Shown: positions 57,701-64,000 of the stretch, piece after piece | Numbering within the stretch: position 1 is the first letter of the stretch | Layout of the letters: the number at the start of each line of letters is the position of its first letter | From: Bugula neritina | Taxonomy: Eukaryota > Animalia > Bryozoa | Direction: 5' to 3' | NCBI GenBank assembly: GCA_964035545.1 | Contig: OZ037767.1 | Location: forward strand, 1,313,680-1,377,679 | DNA length: 64,000 nt | Notes under the pieces: model-generated | What the model was told of the DNA's origin: nothing | Database searches by the model: none | The model's input: the letters and a program-made list of their open reading frames with translations, nothing else | Program-made: the position numbers and the translations under genes

Positions 57701-60700
57701 AGAAGTATCAGTTTACCTTGGTCACTATACCTGGGATGGTAAGTTGTGATTGGTTGATGTGTTTGTAGACTGAATATGATTGGCTGTGGTAGATGGTAGG
57801 ATATATGTAGTAGTTATGAAAATAATTATGATTTGTTGTTAGCAAACTGATTCTTATTGTAAATGGAATATGATTGGATATTATTGTAGACAAAATGTGA
57901 TTGGATATTGTAGACAAAATGTGATTGGTTATTGCAATTGCTAGAATAGGTTTCGTTGTTAATTGTTGTACATACTTGAAAAACAATTTATAGACTGAGA
58001 TTTTTAACATTTTGATATTATATGTATTAGTAGAATATAAATTTGTAATGTAGTTATTTACATATAGGTAGAGGCTTACAGATGATTATTTACATGTGAA
58101 AGATAAAAAGTGATGGCGAGTCATATTTTTACAAAAGTTACTAACTTAAAGCAGCCTACAAGCAATTGGATTACTGAGTTTAGTTAGTAGAGCAAGTTAT
58201 ACATCTTACTAACTGGTCACAATGCAGCAGTACTAATGTGACACTAAAACCAAATCATTGTTAGTATTAAAACGGTTTAGCTATAGCAATAGGTCATTTT
58301 TGATAAACACAACTAGAATACTGTATATTAGAGTACTGTCTGTATTATATCAATACAGAGAAGCTAGTGTTTACATGTTTGAGTCACGCCAGACTCGGCA
58401 TACATTCTGCACGCTTTGCCCCCAGCATAATGTCATCCAATGTACCAAACTAACACCGGGTTAGGCTAGCCGGTCTCTACATCTTTAACATCCTGGTTCA
58501 TAGTTCAGACATTCTGCCGATTCGTTCTCCGCTCTGTCCTATGGTCTGTTACTATCTGCGATTGGACCAAAAACATAGTTATAGTAATTAGGACTGGGTC
58601 TGCAGAAGAACCCTAGCACTGCGTCCACAACGTCGTTCTTACACAGGAAACCGATACCAGAAACATCTATGTGCGAGAACGTCCCTAAAACAAAGACATA
58701 ATAGCATTATATTGAAAAGTAGATCAAATTTGTTGAACAATATTAGATCAAAGCTAGTATGTGCCCAATTTTTCACTGCAGAATATTGCAAAATTTCACC
58801 AAAGAGCTTTATAAGACGACATAACTGCATAACTGCGTGCAGTTTGGTCAAAAGCATTGGAAATACTTGTGTACCAGGAGACCCTTGAAGGAAAGAGGGT
58901 AGTTCACATTTATGATTGCAAACAGTTCAGTAATGTCATATATGTGTAGTTGTGGTAAATGTGAGGGAAGCATAAACCAATGACACCATATTCTACAAAT
59001 CTCACTCTACTTTACACACCATATCACCATACTATATACACCATATATACCACACTACTACTTTCTCTGCTTACTTTGGCACGTCTCCAGTTCCATGCCA
59101 GACATGGCACTATAATGGGACATCCATGTTTTCAAGGCAATCACACCATCTTTATCTTTGTCGAGTAAAGTAAAGAACCCACTGGCTATACTCCTGATAG
59201 CTGCTCTCCCTTCTTCTCTTACCTACAAAATAGCATATACGTCAGCTTCTTGGTAAAACTTTGTTCTGTTGTGCGGTTTTTGCTTCACTATTTTAGTTAC
59301 TGTTTATTAATTATAATAAATCCCTTGTATTTCATGGAGGTTTTACCTTATCAAAATAATATTCTCTAATAACTTTTAAAGCTGCCAAAAACTCATCACG
59401 ATTCTCAAAGTCCTGTTGTCACAGGTACTGAGCGTGACTGTATTTTTGCAATTCAACTGTTTTGATTTCTGGACTTCCAGTCTCTATTGTGTGGCCCACA
59501 TAAGCTTTTTTATCCAGTGTTTATTTGAGATTAATGGCAGTTTTTAATGTACCCATCAATACCTAGTCTTTCAATGTGTCTTGCAATAGGTAGTTAAAGC
59601 TTTGCAAATGTTTGTAATGAAAATTGCAGCTTAGGCTACTACTACTACTAAGGTCTAATCACGACTAGTGTGTACTCAAATAGCTAGATAAGATAAGAAC
59701 TTACAGCATTGTCAACGTTATGTAGATGGGTTATGTAATTTTCTACTGCTATATCTACGTCTACTTCTAGTAGGACCTCTGTCGGAGTTGGCCATGTCAT
59801 CAGTCTCCATATGCGCATCATATTTTCTTTTACCTGAGTTGAAGTACATATTGTGAAGTCACATTTTTACTCATGATTTGTATTTTGCAAGGATAAAAAT
59901 GCTCATTAGCTATACATTGCCCTCAAGTTTGTACAGTTGGCAAGCATTAAATATTTTTTGAAACTCATCAATAAGGATTATTCCTGTATACTTAACTATA
60001 TAGTATTTTGTATGAAGTCTAGTAGTAAGTTTACACAAATAAATCTGTTTTTTTGCGAAAATTTTCCTTTACTTTCACTTCTAATAACTTTACATTTACA
60101 TATATTAGCCTAATTCAACAGTTTAAAATCATTTTATTTTGCTGCCCCAAATTGGTTGTTGGTGTATAAAATAAAGACCACCTTACCATTTTTCTGTCTT
60201 GTTCCTTATATTTGTGAATCTTAGACAGCATATCATGATGTAGATGTATCTTTCCTCTGTGGCGACTGTCATGGTACGTGGTTAGATAATGTTTGTATCT
60301 CCTTCTAAACACCTGCTCAAAACACAAGAGTTATTAGTATCACAGAAATATTTAAATATCAACAGTTTCCTTCAAGTTTCCTCTATGAAGTTAGCAAGTT
60401 TAACTTCTGTTGGCAACTTTTAGTTTTCAACTTTATAGAAGTCTAGATAACTGACTGCAAGGCTAACAAACCTACCCTAGCTTCTTCATCTGTCAGGTTG
60501 TGTGGTTTATAGTTGCTGGGACACCTGCATACCCCTTCACCTCTGTTGGCATCACCACAGCTGCCGCTGCTGTTGGGTATACTACTCCGAAACTCCATCT
60601 GTCACAAATCATTAAAATAAATGTACAACTCACTCTTAAAAGTAAAGTTCACTTCAACTCAACAGACATGGGCATCTTATATAGGCTGCATTTGGTGCAG

Positions 60701-63700
60701 TCATAATGAAGCATGGTAGCTACTGATTCATTCAACCTGGATTTTATTACAATTCTGTTAATAAATAAACATTATTTGCAGAATTATTGACTAGGTAATA
60801 AAATATATAACTCCCACCTCAATCATCACTCTAGTGTTCTCTTCCTAGTTGCTGATTCACTCGCTGTCACCTTTCACTAATATTTCCTTATGAACTGCTC
60901 TACTTCGCTCTTCGGATTCATACACAGAACTAATCCACTTGCACACTGTTGGTTTATGATATATCAATCATTACTAGTACCGTCTGCCAACAATAAGCCT
61001 ATTCTAATCAGTAAATGTATTTTTTATAGATATTCATCATTTCGTCATAGCGTTAGTCTATGACGAAACAAGAATGTGAAGCAGATGTTGAAATAACATA
61101 TGCAAAAAATGGTAGAATGCCATGATATTATAATCTTGCAATATAAAGCTATAAATCTTGTTAATGTGTTGACTTGATGTGGTGATTAGAGCTAATATAC
61201 AATAGTAATACAATAAAATAATAATTTTAATAGCCAAAGCATAATGGCATTTTTATCATTTTATTATTTTTTCCGGGTTGAAGAGATCAAAATGGCAATA
61301 ACAACCAGCTTGTTCTGCCAGCAGTTGAACAAAGGAGGAAAAAGCAATTAAAGCATTCAGTTTTCTAACCAATAAGCTCAGGTGTCTATAAAAATAATTA
61401 TTTTTATTTGACTACTTTTGGCAAAAAGATGTTGTGGGTGGGTGACCGTATCATTGTGGCAGGTATAAGGTTAGGTTTCCCTTGGGTTATGGAACCATTT
61501 AACCTTCGAATAGTGTCACCGAGATTTTCTGAAGGTCTTACCAATTATTCTTGTAAAATTCATATTATTTTTCTTAAAAGTTTTTGTTACTGGAAATTGC
61601 TTACAGTTCTTGCTAAGAAAAAAGTGCGCCTAAATTGGGCTAACTAGTGACACCCTAACAAGCTCTAAATTTATACTTTGGCTATGATTATCATAATTAT
61701 ATTTGCTCTGCATTTACTGAATACTAATAGTACTGAATAGCATAAATTTAATACATCGTATTGGGAGCAGAATGCACATAAGTATGGTGTGTGTCCCTAT
61801 TTTATCTCTTCATATCTCCCCAGATATAAAAATACTATATGCTTGCAACATATTGAATATAATATTTAATCTTTGAGACTATTGAAAATGTATCAAATTT
61901 GTATAGTTAGCTATCTAATATATGCCAGTATAAAGTGACTAATACCTGCACCCTGTATGACTGTAAAGGGGTAGAAAACTAATCCCATATGTCAAGTAGA
62001 CAGTGAAAGTCAAGTCACCAACTAGGGATTATGCTAGTTTTGTGAACAGCTCTTAGAACAGCAAACACTAATGTTATACATAACATATGAGTAGTGTAAC
62101 ACCTGAAATAGGAATACATGTTCCACGATATATATACACCCAACATAAGCACTAAATATCTGCAGAAATATACCACCATTTATTGTTGTACATTGGCACT
62201 TTTTCTCGGTGCTAGTTATTTTATAAATTATTATATAGTATGGAATTTCTCAATAACTTAAATTTTGAAATATTCAAGTTAAAACACATTTGTTTATGTA
62301 TTTCTATTTTGATCTAACAATTCAATTCATATGCAATGGTCAGTATGAAATCAATAATTTAAGTGTAGTCAGTTGATTTTAATCTGAGTAAGTTATATCA
62401 ACGGTTTATTGAGTGTTAGTATTACTATACTGAGTCACATGTCTGTACAGAGACCCAGTACCATCAGGGTGGACAACATGGACCGGCCTGTACAGGATTC
62501 ACACATAGTACGATACCCCCAGATCCTACATTACTCCAGAATCAACGAGTCTCTCTCAGTTCCAGACAGTAAAGAATGCCGAACACTACTTAAACGGAGA
62601 AAGAAGCTGCATAAAGTACTCAGTATGTATACAACTTACGTGTCAACTCAGTATGTATACAACTTACGTGTCAACTCAGTATGTATACAACTTACGTGTC
62701 AACTCAGTATGTATACAACTTACGTGTCAAACCTGCAAGCCAGTCATATAATTACTGTATCAGGACAGCTCTAACATATATAATTCCTGTATCAGGACAG
62801 CTCTAACACACATATAATTACTGTATCAGGACACCTCTAACACATATATAATTACTGTATCAGGACAGCTCTAACCCACATATAATTCCTGTATCAGGGC
62901 AGCTCTAACACACATATAATTCCTGTATCAGGGCAGCTCTAACATATATATAATTCCTGTATCAGGGCAGCTCTAACATATATAATTCCTGTATCAGGAC
63001 AGCTCTAACACACATATAATTCCTGTATCAGGGCAGCTCTAACACACATATAATTCCTGTATCAGGGCAGCTCTAACATATATATAATTCCTGTATCAGG
63101 GCAGCTCTAACATATATAATTCCTGTATCAGGACAGCTCTAACACACATATAATTACTGTATCAGGACACCTCTAACACATATATAATTACTGTATCAGG
63201 ACAGCTCTAACACACATATAATTCCTGTATCAGGACAGCTCTAACTCTTCTGGTATTTCTGCAGATAGAAGGGCCATCAGTAGAGCCGACATGCAGAAAT
63301 ATTTAACTGATCTGCAGTCAGTGCAGCAAAAACTGCAGCAGCTGAAAGCTCAAGGTGCTGGTGACGGGTAAGTGGTTACAGTGTGTCATGTGACAGTGTG
63401 ACATGTCACAGCAAGTCATATTAATCATTGTTTGCTATGTATATACAACTGATGTTTTATATTGGTAATCATCTATTGCTTGCTACAGTATTTACTGTGT
63501 GACAATGTGACGTGACAATGTGATGTGATGTGACAGGTGCAGCACCAAAGAGCCCCTGATAGAGCTCAGCTCCCAGGGGTTCTTCTCCACGGGACTCAGG
63601 GCTGATGTGACTCAGTGGTCCCTCATCATTCCCAAGATTGTAGACAACGTGAGGTTTGTTCAATCTCTCAGCATCCTGCAGGACAACATGGACTATAAGT

Positions 63701-63723
63701 TCCAGAACCCCTTCTACTTGCAA
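48373..63723 (+). CDS. DROSHA: Drosha (ribonuclease 3, Microprocessor), 5' part; RNase III domains lie beyond the right edge
   Basis: Exons 48373-48384, 49414-49504, 49784-49872, 49965-51495 (P-rich then R/S-rich), 51773-51815, 51929-52059, 52314-52452, 54286-54507, 55009-55176, 55419-55505, 55816-56035, 57565-57738, 62451-62622, 63265-63367, 63537-63723. HPERLH..YND, GPLCKCSRKARRIGVRHALYAGE, RLYHYRL, FDGFSLFTH, HIMPRF, RPSTIRVDNMDR and IELSSQGFFSTGLRADV follow the Drosha central domain order. Confidence 0.93.
52455..52622 (+). repeat. (AGT/GGT)n microsatellite directly after a Drosha donor
   Basis: CT|GTGAGTACTACTAGTAGTAGTGG... Confidence 0.9.
53694..54069 (+). repeat. 41-bp minisatellite x9 related to the downstream Drosha acceptor
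   Basis: Unit GTTGCTAGGTAACATGGATATCCTGAGTGTTTGTTCACGCT at exact 41-bp spacing (GGTAAC at 53701, 53742, 53783...). Degenerate copies at ~53576 and 54240-54290 include the true acceptor GCTAG|GTAAA. Confidence 0.95.
54508..54625 (+). repeat. ~45-bp repeat x2.5 starting at a Drosha donor
   Basis: GTAGTTGTTATTACAGTACTGTACAGTGTTGTGTTACAATGTAGT. Confidence 0.85.
56900..57110 (+). repeat. 33-bp minisatellite x~6, mid-intron
   Basis: Unit TGAGTAGATATAGAGTAGATGGTTCTAGGATAT. Confidence 0.92.
58539..60826 (-). CDS. EF-hand protein of the sarcoplasmic calcium-binding protein / aequorin-like family, nested antisense in a Drosha intron, ~226 aa
   Basis: Exons 60818-60826, 60476-60598, 60187-60312, 59705-59833, 59075-59222, 58539-58684 join in frame with GT-AG ends. 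Contains RYKHYLTTYHDSRHRGKIHLHHDMLSK, FFTLLDKDKDGVIALKTW and TFSHIDVSGIGFLCKNDVVDAVLGFF..NYVFGPI. Confidence 0.85.
62618..62730 (+). repeat. 28-bp perfect repeat x4 spanning a Drosha donor
   Basis: ACTCA|GTATGTATACAACTTACGTGTCA. Confidence 0.95.
62745..63245 (+). repeat. 30-34-bp minisatellite x~15 running up to a Drosha acceptor
   Basis: Unit CATATAATTCCTGTATCAGGACAGCTCTAACA(CA). Confidence 0.95.
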
Positions 63724-64000
63724 GTGAGTGTCACTCTACTTTCTACCTGCAAGTGAGTGTCTACCTGCAGGTAGAAAGTAGAGCGAATTGTTGCAGAGAG
63801 TTGCCAATATATCCAAAAAGATGCTAACATTATTACAGTAGATATTACTTGGTGCCAGCGTCTATTATAATGGTTAAAGTATAGTGTAAGGTCATGAGGA
63901 TGAAAGTATGTAATTCTGTGGCGAGGGTTAAAAGTTTGAATAAACATTTCATCAAATAGCATTCAAGTGATTCCAATATAAACATTTATTTATATTACCT

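Noticed and set aside
58539-60826. Calling the nested gene a functional photoprotein
   Set aside because: The His/Trp/Tyr residues needed for coelenterazine chemistry appear substituted and the EF loops are degenerate.
61435-61660. Possible MITE remnant (GTGTCAC...GTGACAC ends)
   Set aside because: The inverted match is only ~7-9 bp, with no target-site duplication and no second copy in the window.

Overview
Eukaryotic window from an AT-rich, compact metazoan (probably invertebrate) genome, with intron-rich genes assembled by hand from GT-AG junctions. In order: XRCC3 (-, 3' end off-window) head-to-head with SNX6/SNX5-type sorting nexin (+); an unrecognised 7-exon gene (+); a stand-alone ECT2L-type DUF4347-like gene (+); RTF1 (-) head-to-head with a COX20-like gene carrying an extra N-terminal TM segment (+); DPP8/9 (+); a TSSK-family kinase (-) head-to-head with a divergent Drosha (+, 3' end off-window). 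An aequorin/SCP-like EF-hand gene is nested antisense in a Drosha intron. Two non-genic patterns stand out. (1) Non-repetitive tracts with T-N-A in 6-bp phase, (TNA-NNN)n, lie just inside the transcription units at all four housekeeping-type promoter regions. (2) More than 20 intronic tandem repeats abut or copy splice sites, and several are built from RFX X-box-like words. No rRNA, tRNA, CRISPR or intact transposon was found. Family assignments come from comparison with remembered sequences, not database searches; exon ends may be off by a few nt.
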